From contig SLBI01000106.1 of assembly GCA_007126375.1 (NCBI GenBank), forward strand, positions 1-62,260: DNA of 62,260 nucleotides, written 5' to 3'. Positions within the stretch are counted from its first letter, which is position 1. The number at the start of each line of letters is the position of its first letter. Under the pieces are notes generated by a model. It did not search any database. It was not told the DNA's origin and saw only the letters and a program-made list of their open reading frames with translations. The position numbers were made by a program, and so were the translations under genes. Below, piece after piece: positions 1 through 10,142 of the stretch. The DNA comes from Paracoccaceae bacterium. Its GTDB lineage: Bacteria > Pseudomonadota > Alphaproteobacteria > Rhodobacterales > Rhodobacteraceae.

Positions 1-114
1 CTCGCCCCGGTCTATTTCCAGGTCATGCTCGGCCGCGGCCAGCCCGAAACCATGGGCTACGCCGACGACAACCTCTACCAGCGCCGCGGCGACCACCTGA
101 AATCCGCAGGCTGA
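1..114 (+). CDS. 3' end of an upstream gene (partial; possibly cupin-like)
   Basis: Frame 1 is open from the window edge: LAPVYFQVMLGRGQPETMGYADDNLYQRRGDHLKSAG*, with GC-rich third positions. Too short to assign; the cupin guess is weak. Confidence 0.5.
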   Translation, partial: LAPVYFQVMLGRGQPETMGYADDNLYQRRGDHLKSAG

Positions 115-165
115 TCGGGGCCGCGCTGCGCGTCAGGTGGCGGCAAGCGTCGGGAGAGTGATGTC

Positions 166-1026
166 TTGAAACCCTGCGATTTCCGCTATCACGCACCGCG
201 CAGTCTGGACGAGGCGCTGGAGCTGCTGGATGGCAAGGAAGACGCCCGCCTCCTGGCGGGCGGGCAATCCCTTGTGGCGATGCTCAATCTGCGCGTCGCG
301 ATGCCGGACGAGGTGATCGACCTGAACGGGATCGCCGAGCTCGACGGCCTGACGATCGGCACCGAGGCCATCGTCTTTGGGGCAATGACCCGCCAGCGGC
401 GGCTGGAACGCGATCCCGGCCTCGCCGCGGCGGCACCCATCTTCGCCGCCGCACTCGCTCATGTGGGCCATCTGCAGACCCGGAACCGCGGCACCATCGG
501 CGGCAGCCTGTGCCAACTCGACCCTGCCGCGGAACTGCCTGCCCTGTGCATGCTCTATGACGCCGAACTGACCGTGCGAGGTCCGGGCGGAGAACGACGC
601 ATGCCGATGTCGGAGTTTCCCGCCTTCTACATGACGCCTGCGCTGGACGCGGACGAGATCCTCACCTCGATCCGTCTGCCCCTGCGGCCCGGACGCGCGG
701 GCCATGGCTTTGTCGAGTTCGCCCGCCGGCATGGCGATTTCGCCATCGTCGCCGCAGGCGCCCTGATCTGGCTGGATGCCGGCGGCCATGTTGCCGATGC
801 GGCCATCGTAGTCGGGGGGGTCGGTGCCGCGCCGCTGCGGCTTGGTGCGGTCGAGGCGGCATTGCGCGGGCAACGCCCTGAGGGTGCCACCCTCGCCGCC
901 GCGGCGGACCTTGCAGGCGAGATCGACGCGATGGAGGATTCCGCCTATTCGGCCGACTACCGTCGCCATCTGGCCCGGGTGCTTGTCCGGCGTGCGTTGA
1001 TCCAGGCTGCGGAGCGTGCGGCATGA
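166..1026 (+). CDS. Xanthine dehydrogenase/CoxM-family FAD-binding subunit
   Basis: MKPCDFRYHAP start, AGGQSL and RNRGTIGGS motifs. TTG start after GGGAGAG; ATGA overlap with the next gene. Confidence 0.93.
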   Translation: MKPCDFRYHAPRSLDEALELLDGKEDARLLAGGQSLVAMLNLRVAMPDEVIDLNGIAELDGLTIGTEAIVFGAMTRQRRLERDPGLAAAAPIFAAALAHVGHLQTRNRGTIGGSLCQLDPAAELPALCMLYDAELTVRGPGGERRMPMSEFPAFYMTPALDADEILTSIRLPLRPGRAGHGFVEFARRHGDFAIVAAGALIWLDAGGHVADAAIVVGGVGAAPLRLGAVEAALRGQRPEGATLAAAADLAGEIDAMEDSAYSADYRRHLARVLVRRALIQAAERAA

Positions 1027-1529
1027 GCAAGCAGATGGATCAGGCAACGACCGCACACAGGGTCACGGTGACGGTGAACGGCGCGCAGCGCGCGGCAAGC
1101 TGCCCTGCGCGCCGGTCGCTGGCAGATTTCCTGCGACACGATCTGGGTCTGACGGGCACCCATCTGGGCTGCGAGCACGGTGTCTGCGGCGCCTGCACGG
1201 TGCTGGTGGACGGGGCTGCGGTGCGTGCCTGCCTGATGCTGGCGGTGCAGGCCAACGGCTGCCGGGTCGAGACGGTCGAGGGACTCGCCGCGGCCGACGG
1301 CACGCTTTCGCCGTTGCAACAGGCCTTTGCAGATCATCATGCCCTGCAATGCGGCTTCTGCACGCCGGGTATCCTGATGACGCTGGTCGAGGTGCTGCGC
1401 GACAACCCGGATGCGGACGAGCGCGAAATACGCGAGTCGCTGTCGGGCAATCTCTGCCGCTGCACCGGCTATCAGAACATTGTCGAGGCGGCCCTGGCCA
1501 CGGCCGAGACACTGCGACGGCCGGCGTGA
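1023..1529 (+). CDS. CoxS-family 2x[2Fe-2S] subunit
   Basis: [18 protein letters not shown] and NLCRCTGY motifs. Confidence 0.95.
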   Translation: MSKQMDQATTAHRVTVTVNGAQRAASCPARRSLADFLRHDLGLTGTHLGCEHGVCGACTVLVDGAAVRACLMLAVQANGCRVETVEGLAAADGTLSPLQQAFADHHALQCGFCTPGILMTLVEVLRDNPDADEREIRESLSGNLCRCTGYQNIVEAALATAETLRRPA

Positions 1530-1545
1530 ACGAAAGGACTTCGCG

Positions 1546-3867
1546 ATGACGGAGGCTCTGATCGGCCGCTCCGTGCCGCGGCTCGAGGATTCGGCACTGT
1601 TGCGCGGGACGGCCCGGTTCCTCGATGATCTGCAGGCGCCGGGGGCGCTGGAGGCGGCGTTTCTGCGCAGCCCGGTGTCGCATGGCCGGCTGCACGGACT
1701 CGAAGCGGCGGCGGCGCGGAAGATGCCCGGCGTGGTGGCCGTGCTCACCCTTGCCGATCTGCGCCCGCTGCTGACGAGCGAACGCCTGCCGCTGCAGTTC
1801 CGCAACACCGGCCTTCCCGAGGCGATCACGCCGTTCGTCCTCGCCTCGGACGAAGTGCTCTTCGTCGGCGAGGCGATCGCCCTGGTGATCGCCGATTCCC
1901 GCGCCGCGGCCGAGGATGCCGTGGAGGCGATCGAACTCGATCTGGAAGAGTTGCCCGCGGTCGCCGATGTGCGCGCGGGCGTCATGGCCGATGCTGCGCG
2001 CGCCTGCACCGGGCGCGACAACGTCTATCGCGCCTTCGAGGTGGGCTATGGCGATGCCGACGCGGGCTTCGAAAGGGCAGCCTGCAGCGTGGCGCTGGAC
2101 CTCGACCAGCATCGCGGTGCTGGGCACCCTATGGAGGGCCGGGGTATCCTCGCGCTGCCGGACCCGTTGCAGGACCGGTTGCAGGTCTGGTCCTCGACCC
2201 AGCTTTCGCATGAGGCGCGGCATTTCCTCGCAGACCTGCTTGCCCTGGACGAATCTCGGATCGACGTCAGCGTGCCCGAGGTGGGCGGCGGCTTTGGTGC
2301 GAAATACCTGCTCTACCCCGAGGAGGTGGCGGTGGCGGCGGCGGCCCGGATGCTCGGGCGGCCGGTGAAATGGGTGGAGGACCGGCGCGAGCATTTCCTT
2401 GCCGCGATCCAGGAGCGCGACCAGCACTGGCGGATCGAGGCCGCGGCCGATGCAGAGGGTCGCCTGCTGGCAATTCGTGGCGATATGATCCATGACGCTG
2501 GCGCCTATGTCCCGCAGGGGATCAACCTTGCCTACAACGCGGCAACGGCCGTACCCGGCCCCTATCGCCTGCCGGCCTATCGACTGGCGGTCACGGTGGG
2601 CGCGACCAACAAGGTGCCGACCATTCCCGTGCGTGGGGCAGGTTATCCCGAAGGCACCTTCGCGATGGAGCGCGCGCTGGACGCCATCGCCGATCATCTG
2701 GGCCTTGACCGGGTGGAGATCCGCCGGCGCAACCTTATCCCGGCTGCGGCGATGCCCTATGCGACGCCGATGACCACGCGCTCGGGCAGCGGCATCACCT
2801 ATGACAGTGGTGATTTCCCGGCGATCTTCGGCAAGGCGCTTGCGGCGATCGATCACGCGGGCTTCGCCGCCCGCGCCGCCACGGCGGCCGACGAGGGGCG
2901 GTCCCTTGGCCTTGGCGTCGCCTGTGGAATCAAGGGCACGGGGCGGGGACCCTACGAATCCGCGATCGTCCGCATCGGACGGTCGGGAAAGGTCAGCGTC
3001 CACACCGGTGCGATGCCGATGGGGCAGGGGGTCAAGACCGCCATGGCACAGATCTGTGCCGAGACACTGGGACTTCGGGCGGGGGATGTGACCGTCGTCT
3101 GCGGGGACACCCGCACCGTGCCCCTTGGCATGGGTGGATTTGCCAGTCGGCAGACGGTGGTCGCCGGCTCCTCGGTTCGTCGCGCCACAGAGGCGGTGCG
3201 CCAGCAGGTGCTGATCGCCGCGGCGGCGCTTCTGGAGGCAGCGCCAGCTGACTTGGAACTCGATGCGGGTTTCGCCGTACTTCCCGGCAGCAACCGTCGC
3301 GTCAGCCTGCGCGAGGTGGCCGAGCTGGCTGCCGGATCGCCCGGCTACGCACTTCCCCCCGGGGTGCGCCCGGGGCTAGAGGCACAGGAAGCCTGGATGC
3401 CCGACGCCCTGACTTACGGTATGGGCGCGCATGCGGTCGAACTGGAGGTGGACCGCGACACAGGCCTGGTGCGGCTGTTGCGCTATGTCGTGGTCAACGA
3501 TTGCGGGCGGGCGATCAACCCGAAGCTGGTTATCGGGCAACTGCATGGCGGCGTCGTCCACGGTATCGGCAACGCGCTTTTCGAGGTCATGGCCTATGAC
3601 GAGCAGGCTCAGCCCACGACAACCACCTTCGCCGACTATCTGCTGCCGACAGTGACCGAGATCCCGCATATGGAGGCGATCATCGTCGAATACCCGACGC
3701 CCAACAACCCGCTGGGGGTCAAGGGCGTGGGCGAGGCCGGTTGCCTCCCGGTGGCGGCGGCCATTGTCTCGGCGATCGAACAGGCGGTCGGGCTGCCCTA
3801 CGGCACGATACAACGGGTGCCGCTGTCGCCACCGGATCTGTTGCGGGCAATGGGCACGCTGGCCTGA
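1546..3867 (+). CDS. Xanthine dehydrogenase/CoxL-family molybdopterin-binding large subunit (not form I CO dehydrogenase)
   Basis: ATG 1546 after AAAGGA. GRSVPRLED, VGGGFGAK, MGQG and C-terminal KGVGEAG motifs; active-site loop PVRGAGYP. Confidence 0.93.
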   Translation: MTEALIGRSVPRLEDSALLRGTARFLDDLQAPGALEAAFLRSPVSHGRLHGLEAAAARKMPGVVAVLTLADLRPLLTSERLPLQFRNTGLPEAITPFVLASDEVLFVGEAIALVIADSRAAAEDAVEAIELDLEELPAVADVRAGVMADAARACTGRDNVYRAFEVGYGDADAGFERAACSVALDLDQHRGAGHPMEGRGILALPDPLQDRLQVWSSTQLSHEARHFLADLLALDESRIDVSVPEVGGGFGAKYLLYPEEVAVAAAARMLGRPVKWVEDRREHFLAAIQERDQHWRIEAAADAEGRLLAIRGDMIHDAGAYVPQGINLAYNAATAVPGPYRLPAYRLAVTVGATNKVPTIPVRGAGYPEGTFAMERALDAIADHLGLDRVEIRRRNLIPAAAMPYATPMTTRSGSGITYDSGDFPAIFGKALAAIDHAGFAARAATAADEGRSLGLGVACGIKGTGRGPYESAIVRIGRSGKVSVHTGAMPMGQGVKTAMAQICAETLGLRAGDVTVVCGDTRTVPLGMGGFASRQTVVAGSSVRRATEAVRQQVLIAAAALLEAAPADLELDAGFAVLPGSNRRVSLREVAELAAGSPGYALPPGVRPGLEAQEAWMPDALTYGMGAHAVELEVDRDTGLVRLLRYVVVNDCGRAINPKLVIGQLHGGVVHGIGNALFEVMAYDEQAQPTTTTFADYLLPTVTEIPHMEAIIVEYPTPNNPLGVKGVGEAGCLPVAAAIVSAIEQAVGLPYGTIQRVPLSPPDLLRAMGTLA

Positions 3868-3892
3868 CCGGCCGGCTGTGCCCGCCCGTCAC

Positions 3893-4537
3893 TCAGCGGG
3901 CGCCGAACAGTGTTCGGATGCGCTGCCAGATCAGCCACAGGCCAAGGCGCAGTCCAGAAATCGGTGCTGCTTGCGGAGACCGCGCTGGCTGTTGCGCCGT
4001 TCCGGGAGCGGGCGGTTCCGCCGGTGCCTCGGCCGCCCCGGTGCCCGCCGGCGCATCGGCGGGCGGTGTCGGATCGCCGGAGCGGTCGAGTTCGCGGTTC
4101 AGATTGGCCGCGAACTGGCCGACGAGATGGTTGGCGAGATCGTTGATCATGCCGCTGCCGCGGCCGTATTGCGCGATCGAGCCGGTAAGGTTCAGGGTCG
4201 TGTCGATGTCCACGCGGGTCTGGCCGGGTGCCTCTTCGGCAAGGCGGAACACCACCTCGGCACTTGCACCGCCACGCCCCTTGCGGTCGCGGCCATCGGC
4301 CTGCACCCGGGCGCTGCGGCCGTCCTCCGCAAGCTCGACGATCCGCGCCTGCCCGGCGAAGGTCAGCATGACCGGACCGAGCCGGACCTGCACCTCGCCA
4401 TCATACCTGCGCGCCCCGGCGTCCGCGGCCGTCAGCTTGGCGCCCGGCATGCAGGGGGCGATGCGGGGAATGTCGAGCAGCACGCGCCAGGTTTCCGTGG
4501 GCCCGAGCGGTACGGTGAAGCTGTTGTGTATGTCCAT
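3893..4537 (-). CDS. coxG: CoxG/SRPBCC family protein
   Basis: W..LLDIPRIAPCMPGA and AQYGRGSGMI motifs, Pro/Ala linker and hydrophobic C-terminus. Confidence 0.88.
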   Translation of the reverse strand: MDIHNSFTVPLGPTETWRVLLDIPRIAPCMPGAKLTAADAGARRYDGEVQVRLGPVMLTFAGQARIVELAEDGRSARVQADGRDRKGRGGASAEVVFRLAEEAPGQTRVDIDTTLNLTGSIAQYGRGSGMINDLANHLVGQFAANLNRELDRSGDPTPPADAPAGTGAAEAPAEPPAPGTAQQPARSPQAAPISGLRLGLWLIWQRIRTLFGAR

Positions 4538-4541
4538 GGGG

Positions 4542-6032
4542 TCAGAGCCTGATGTTCACGTTCTTGATCTGGGTCGAGCCGAGCAGTTCATCGATGCCTT
4601 CCTCTCGGCCCATGCCGGATTGCTTGTAGCCGCCGAACGGCGCGCCGATGAAATGCGGGCCCACATGATTTACCCACACATAGCCTGCCTCGACCCGTGC
4701 GGCGGCGCGGTGCGCGGTGGAGAGATCGCGGGTGAAGATGGCCGCGGTCAGGCCGTAGTCGGTGTCATTGACCATGTCGAACAACATGTCCTCATCGGAC
4801 CAGCGCAAGACCGACAGGACCGGGCCGAAGATCTCCTCGCGGGCGATCCGCATCTGCATGGTGACGTCGGCGAAGACCGTGGGCTGGATGAAGAATCCCT
4901 CCTCGAAGCCCGGCGCGCGTGCGGCGCCGCCGCCGCAGACGAGTCTTGCGCCCTCGGCCTTGCCGGCCTCGATGTAGCCCAGTACGCGATCGAATTGTGC
5001 GCGGGTGATCAGCGGGCCCATGGTGGTGGCCGGGTCGGTCGGCTCGCCTGGCCGGTAGGCCCGGCAGCCTTCGATGATGCGCTCGAGCACCGCGTCATGA
5101 TGCGAGTCATGAAGGAAGATGCGGCTGGTCGAGCCGCAGGACTGCCCGGCCCAGGTCAGATTCATCCCGCCCACGGCCCCTGCGGCAATGGTGTCGTGAT
5201 CCTGGTCGGGCCAGGCAAGCAAAGCGTTCTTGCCGCCCATTTCCAGCCCGACCGGCTTCACCGTTTCGGCGGCGGCGCGCAGGATCGCCTTACCGGTCGG
5301 GACGGAACCGATCAGCGCCACCTTGGCGATGCCCGGATGCGACGACAGCGCCGCGCCGCAGTCACGACCGCCGGTCAGCACGTTGAACACACCCGGGGGC
5401 AGGATACCCTCCTCCGCGAGGATCTCGCACAGCCGCAGCGCGGACAAGGGTGCCTGATCCGCCGGCTTTACGATCACCGTATTCCCGGCCGCCAGCGGGG
5501 CGGCGCACCGCATGGTGGCGAACATGATCGGGTGGTTGAAGGCAAGGATTCGCGCGACCACGCCGAGCGGCTCGCGAACGGTGTAGTTCAGCAGGCCGTC
5601 CGACATCGGAATGGTCTCGCCCTTCGTTTCGGTCACGAGGCCGGCGAACAGCTCGATGCCGCGCGCTCCGGTGTCAATGTCGCGGCGCATCTCCGCCAGC
5701 GGATTGCCGGTATCGATCGAGTCCAGCGCGGCCAGTTCCTCGCCATGACGGCGCAAGGCACTGGCCAGTGCCCGCAGCCTGTCACCGCGCTCCAGCGGCG
5801 GCGTCCGGCGCCACGACGCGAAAGCCGATCGGGCGGCGGCGACAGCAGCATCCACATCGGCGGCCGTGGCACTGGCGACCCGGGCAAGAGGCTGGTCGCG
5901 GGCTGGATCGGTAACCGTCATCGCACCGCCGCCGGTCGGTGCGTGCCAGCACCCACCGTAGAACAGATCCCGATGCCCGGGGATGAGTGCGAGCCGCTCG
6001 GTCTCGGCAAGGGGCTGTGTTCGGGCTTGCAT
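4542..6032 (-). CDS. NAD(P)-dependent aldehyde dehydrogenase
   Basis: LEMGGKN (catalytic Glu), GQSC (catalytic Cys), EEIFGPV and PFGGYKQSG. Start 6032 after AAGGGAGG. Confidence 0.95.
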   Translation of the reverse strand: MQARTQPLAETERLALIPGHRDLFYGGCWHAPTGGGAMTVTDPARDQPLARVASATAADVDAAVAAARSAFASWRRTPPLERGDRLRALASALRRHGEELAALDSIDTGNPLAEMRRDIDTGARGIELFAGLVTETKGETIPMSDGLLNYTVREPLGVVARILAFNHPIMFATMRCAAPLAAGNTVIVKPADQAPLSALRLCEILAEEGILPPGVFNVLTGGRDCGAALSSHPGIAKVALIGSVPTGKAILRAAAETVKPVGLEMGGKNALLAWPDQDHDTIAAGAVGGMNLTWAGQSCGSTSRIFLHDSHHDAVLERIIEGCRAYRPGEPTDPATTMGPLITRAQFDRVLGYIEAGKAEGARLVCGGGAARAPGFEEGFFIQPTVFADVTMQMRIAREEIFGPVLSVLRWSDEDMLFDMVNDTDYGLTAAIFTRDLSTAHRAAARVEAGYVWVNHVGPHFIGAPFGGYKQSGMGREEGIDELLGSTQIKNVNIRL

Positions 6033-6092
6033 GGGCGTGTCGCCTCCCTTCCTGCATGCGGGCGCCAGTGCGCCGTTCTTGCGGTGGATCAT

Positions 6093-6106
6093 ACTAACCG
6101 TTTAGT
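6093..6106. promoter_or_regulatory. Palindromic operator ACTAACCGTTTAGT between the divergent ALDH and ThDP genes
   Basis: 13/14 identical to the perfect palindrome at 9007-9020. Confidence 0.7.
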
Positions 6107-6146
6107 CCAATATGAAGGGGCGACAGCCATTGAAGCGGAGACAGTC

Positions 6147-7838
6147 ATGTGGGGGTCCGATCTGATCGCCGAAGCGATCCAACGTAGCGGTTTCGGCTTT
6201 GCGGCGATCAATCCCGGCGCAAGCTATCGCGGATTGCACGACAGTTTCGTCAATCACCCGCCCGGGCGAATCGAACTGCTCACCTGCCTGCATGAAGAGC
6301 ATGCAGTGGCCCTGGCGCATGGCTGGACCAAGGTGACGGATACACCGGCGCTGGCGATCGTGCACAGCAATGTCGGCGCGCTCCATGCTGCCATGGCGGT
6401 CTACAACGCCTGGGCCGACCGCGCGCCGGTGGTGCTGCTGGGTGCCGGAGGGGCGATGGACGCCACGCAGCGCCGGCCGTGGATCGAGTGGATCCACACG
6501 GTGCAGGATCAGGGCCAGATCTTCCGGCCATTCACCAAGTGGGACGATGCACCCGCCTCGGCAGCCGCCGCCGCGAGGGCGATCGCCCAGGCACGGTTTC
6601 TGGCAGCACAGGCGCCGACCGGGCCGGTCTATGTCTCGCTCGACGTGACACACCAGGAGACCCGGATGGATCAGCCCGTCGACGTTGCGGAACTGGTGTC
6701 CGTGCCGGAGGTTCCCGCGGCGGGGTTGACGGTGGCGCAAGCCGAGGTGCTGGCCGCGAAGATGCGCACGGCGCGGAGGCCGGTCTATGTGTTCGGCCGC
6801 TTGCCCCGCGACCCCGTGGATTGGCAGGATCGTATCGCCCTGGTCGAGGCGACCGGCGCTGTCGTGATCACCGACATGCGCTCTCCGGCCGCCTTTCCCA
6901 CCGATCATGTCGCGCATGTGGGCGTGCCGGGTTTCGCGCCGGACGGAGTGCAGCGCGCGGCTCTGGGAGAGGCGGATCTTCTTGTGCTGTTTGATCCGAT
7001 CGACCCGGCCACGGTGATCGGTCATGCCGGCGATGCGGAGGCAGTCCTGATCACGCCGGATCTCCCGGCACATCGCGGCTGGGTCAAGGACGCTCAGCCG
7101 CTGCCGCTCCGCGGCACCCTTCATCCAGTATCGCCGAAAGGGGTTGCGGCGCAACTTCTGGCAGGACTGGCAGCAACCGGCGGGGGTCTCGCGGAGGCGC
7201 CATGGCAACCCGCGTCTGGCGCCATCCGGGACGAGGCCGTGGCGCACAGTCTGCCGCCGCCGCCGTCCTATGCCCGTATCGCCGATGGGCTGTCACGGCT
7301 GCGCAGAGAAGGCCAGTCGCTCGCCCTGACCCGACTGCCGCTGTCCTGGCCGGGCGGGCTGCTGCCGTTCCGCCATCCGCTGGATTATCTTGGCCGTGAC
7401 GGGGGCGAAGGGCTCGCCTCGGGGCCGGGCATGGCGGCGGGCGTGGCGCTGGCGCTGAAGGGCTCGGGGAGATTGCCGGTGGCGGTGCTGGGCGATGGCG
7501 ACCTGATGATGGGCGTGACGGCCCTCTGGACTGTGGCGAATCAGCGCCTGCCGCTGCTGGTGATTGTTGCGGCCAACGGGGTGTACGGCAACGATGTGGT
7601 GCACCAGGAACGCATCGCCCGTGCGCGGGGGCGTGACATCGCGAATCGCTGGATCGGTCAGTGCCTGACGGATCCCGAACTCGACATCGCCGCGATTGCC
7701 CGGGGCCTCGGCGCCACGACCGCACGCCGGATCGGGACGACGGAAGACGGTCTGGAGGATACGATCGTCGAACTGGGGCGGTCAGCGATGTCCGCGGAAG
7801 GCCTCTGTCTGCTGGAAGTGGCGATGCCGGCGGTCTGA
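6147..7838 (+). CDS. Thiamine diphosphate-dependent enzyme (2-oxoacid decarboxylase/acetolactate synthase-like)
   Basis: NPGASYRGLHDS, HEEHAV (conserved Glu) and GDGD...N ThDP motif. True start ATG 6147 after GCGGAG, inside the long track ORF 3741..7838. Confidence 0.9.
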   Translation: MWGSDLIAEAIQRSGFGFAAINPGASYRGLHDSFVNHPPGRIELLTCLHEEHAVALAHGWTKVTDTPALAIVHSNVGALHAAMAVYNAWADRAPVVLLGAGGAMDATQRRPWIEWIHTVQDQGQIFRPFTKWDDAPASAAAAARAIAQARFLAAQAPTGPVYVSLDVTHQETRMDQPVDVAELVSVPEVPAAGLTVAQAEVLAAKMRTARRPVYVFGRLPRDPVDWQDRIALVEATGAVVITDMRSPAAFPTDHVAHVGVPGFAPDGVQRAALGEADLLVLFDPIDPATVIGHAGDAEAVLITPDLPAHRGWVKDAQPLPLRGTLHPVSPKGVAAQLLAGLAATGGGLAEAPWQPASGAIRDEAVAHSLPPPPSYARIADGLSRLRREGQSLALTRLPLSWPGGLLPFRHPLDYLGRDGGEGLASGPGMAAGVALALKGSGRLPVAVLGDGDLMMGVTALWTVANQRLPLLVIVAANGVYGNDVVHQERIARARGRDIANRWIGQCLTDPELDIAAIARGLGATTARRIGTTEDGLEDTIVELGRSAMSAEGLCLLEVAMPAV

Positions 7839-7855
7839 AAGCCGGCCCTTCGGGC

Positions 7856-8854
7856 TCAGATGCGCGTCAGTTCCAGCGTCGAGGGTGCGAACAATTCTTC
7901 CACGGCCACCCGGCGGCCTGAAAGGCCTTGATCGTGATGATAGCGCAAGAAGGTGTCGAGGACCTTGCGATTGGCGGCATCGACGCCGTAGCTCCAGTAG
8001 TCCTCGCCCATCAGCGCCACCGTCTCCTCGCGCTCGCGCACGGCCCAGGGCAGGCTGGCGAAGAGATGGCCTATCTGCGAGAGTTCATACATCGCGTGCC
8101 GTTTGGCTTCGATAAAGGCGTTGAATAGATTGACGGCCACCCAGGGATGGCGTTCGTAGATGCTGCGTCGGACCCCCATGATGTGCATGATCGGAAACAT
8201 CCCGGTGCGCCGGAAATACTCCTGCTCCACCGCGCGGTAGTCGGGAAAGAGCCGGGCGACGCCTGGCGCCCCCCGCAGGAAGCAGGATGGCGCGCGTGCG
8301 CTGATCAGCGCATCCAGATCGCCGGCTTCCAGCATCTCGGAGAGGGTTCGGCCCGCCGGGATCGGCTGCAGGTCGATTCTGGCCGGCAGTTGCAGCGGGG
8401 AGCGTTCGGTGCGGCCCGGATCTTCCAGTCCGCCCTGCCGCCAGGCGACGCTGCCCGGGTCGACGCCGTATTCATCGTGCAGGATGCCGCGAATCCAGAC
8501 CGTCGCGGTGATCTGGTACTCGGGCAGGCCGATGCGCTTTCCCTGAAGGTCCGACGGACGGTCGATTCCCCGGTCGGTCCGAATGTAGATGCCGGAATGA
8601 CGAAACAGCCGGGATACGAAGGCCGGGATGCCGACGTAGGGCGCCTCACCTCGCGATGTCAGCATGGTGAAGCTGCTCAGGGAAAGTTCGGTGACGTCGA
8701 AGTCCTGATCGCGAAAGGCACGGTGGAAGGCCTCTTCGGGCTCCATCGCAGTGGGGATGATGCGGCAGCCTTCGACCCGCGCGCGCCCGTCCAGCACGGC
8801 CCGGCAACGGTCGTAGTCGCAGACAGCCAGACTCAACTCCAGTCTTTCACCCAT
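7856..8854 (-). CDS. 4,5-dihydroxyphthalate decarboxylase (OphC/Pht5)-like protein
   Basis: DYDR, FDVTELSLS, SRLFRHS, PEYQITA.VW, FPIMH and YWSYG motifs; no signal peptide. Confidence 0.85.
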   Translation of the reverse strand: MGERLELSLAVCDYDRCRAVLDGRARVEGCRIIPTAMEPEEAFHRAFRDQDFDVTELSLSSFTMLTSRGEAPYVGIPAFVSRLFRHSGIYIRTDRGIDRPSDLQGKRIGLPEYQITATVWIRGILHDEYGVDPGSVAWRQGGLEDPGRTERSPLQLPARIDLQPIPAGRTLSEMLEAGDLDALISARAPSCFLRGAPGVARLFPDYRAVEQEYFRRTGMFPIMHIMGVRRSIYERHPWVAVNLFNAFIEAKRHAMYELSQIGHLFASLPWAVREREETVALMGEDYWSYGVDAANRKVLDTFLRYHHDQGLSGRRVAVEELFAPSTLELTRI

Positions 8855-9006
8855 TGCATCCCCCGTCGACGGCCCGGACTCGCCTCTCCTGCGCGTCGAC
8901 CGGGTGGGTGCGGAACGCGCCGGCGTGGTCTTTCCTGCGCCTGTTCCGCCCCAAGGCGTATCGCCGAACGCAAGGAAAACTTGACAAGCACATGCTTCAA
9001 ATGCTG

Positions 9007-9020
9007 ACTAACCGGTTAGT
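9007..9020. promoter_or_regulatory. Perfect palindromic operator ACTAACCGGTTAGT upstream of dctP
   Basis: 14-bp perfect inverted repeat, downstream of TTGACA at 8981-8986. Confidence 0.75.
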
Positions 9021-9046
9021 AGCTATATGGCAACAGGGAGATCAGC

Positions 9047-10033
9047 ATGAAGAGTCTGAGAAATGGCCTTGCCGCAGTCGTCGCCGGCGCCCTTGCGGTC
9101 GGGGCCTCCGTGGCCGCCGCCGACACCATCACGTTGCGCGGAGCGGTCTACACCGGGAACCCGAATTCGCCGTTCCGCATCCCGTTCCACCAGTTCTCTG
9201 ATTTCGTGAACGAGCAGGGCGGCGGTTCGGTGGAGATCGTGGATATCGTCGGTCCGGAAGCGATCCCCGTGAACCAGCTTGCGCGCGCCCTCGCCGATGG
9301 CCTGGTCGATTTCGTCGCCGCCCCGCCGAGTTACTTCGAGAACCTCGTCCCGGGCATGGGCGGGCTGAGCGCACCGCGCATCACCACGCAGGAGATGCGC
9401 GCGAACGGAACCTTCGAGGTGATAAACGAATTCCTCGCTCCGGGAGCGAACGCCGTCATGGTCGGTCTCTACGCCGGCGACGTGCCATTCCACATCTTCA
9501 GCAACGAACCTGTCCGCTCGCTTGCCGAATTCGATGGGGTGCGTCTGCGGGCCACGAATACGGTACTGGCCTTCTTCACCGAGTTGGGGGCCCAGCCGAT
9601 GCAGATCAGCCGCGGCGAGATCTACACCGCGCTCGAGCGCGGTGTCGCCAACGGCTACTCCAACATCAACACCGAGCTCTTCGCCTCCAGCTGGATCGAA
9701 GTGGTGGACTATCGGATCGGGCCCGGCTTCTACACGCCCAATATCGCGATCTTCATGAATCTCGACGCCTACAATCAGCTGGATGACAAGCAGAGGGCCG
9801 TGGTGAACGCGGCAGGCCTGTTCGTCGAGGGCGGGCCCAGCTGGGCCATGCAGCAGGCGGAGGAGGAAGCTGCGGCTCTTGCCGTGGCCGAACATGGCTT
9901 CGAGATCATCACCTTCTCGCCCGAAGAAACCGAACGCTTCCTCGACATGGCCTACAGCTCGACGTGGGAGCAAATCGCCGAACGCGCCCCGGACTTCGCA
10001 GCACGCGTCCGCCCGCTGATCGTCGGCGACTGA
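9047..10033 (+). CDS. dctP: TRAP transporter substrate-binding protein
   Basis: Signal peptide, GVRLRA, EIYTALERGVANG; followed by dctQ and dctM. Confidence 0.9.
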   Translation: MKSLRNGLAAVVAGALAVGASVAAADTITLRGAVYTGNPNSPFRIPFHQFSDFVNEQGGGSVEIVDIVGPEAIPVNQLARALADGLVDFVAAPPSYFENLVPGMGGLSAPRITTQEMRANGTFEVINEFLAPGANAVMVGLYAGDVPFHIFSNEPVRSLAEFDGVRLRATNTVLAFFTELGAQPMQISRGEIYTALERGVANGYSNINTELFASSWIEVVDYRIGPGFYTPNIAIFMNLDAYNQLDDKQRAVVNAAGLFVEGGPSWAMQQAEEEAAALAVAEHGFEIITFSPEETERFLDMAYSSTWEQIAERAPDFAARVRPLIVGD

Positions 10034-10042
10034 TCCGCGGTC

Positions 10043-10085
10043 CGGGCGCCGTCGCCGGCTGGCTTCCGCCAGGCGCCGGCGCCCG
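10043..10085 (+). terminator. GC-rich hairpin between dctP and dctQ (attenuator or mRNA stabiliser)
   Basis: CGGGCGCCG/CGGCGCCCG outer arms, CTGGC/GCCAG inner arms, followed by TCTTT. Confidence 0.5.
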
Positions 10086-10142
10086 TCTTTCCCGTGGGGT
10101 GCGCGTCGACCCGCACGGGACTTCGTCAAAGGACATCGCGAC

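Noticed and set aside
166-4537. Aerobic CO dehydrogenase (coxMSL plus coxG)
   Set aside because: The large subunit lacks the AYxCSFR loop, and no coxDEF genes are in the window.
3741-6146. 1365-aa ORF suggesting a giant fusion to the ThDP enzyme
   Set aside because: The first 802 codons are the antisense shadow of coxG and the ALDH; the real start is ATG 6147 with an RBS.
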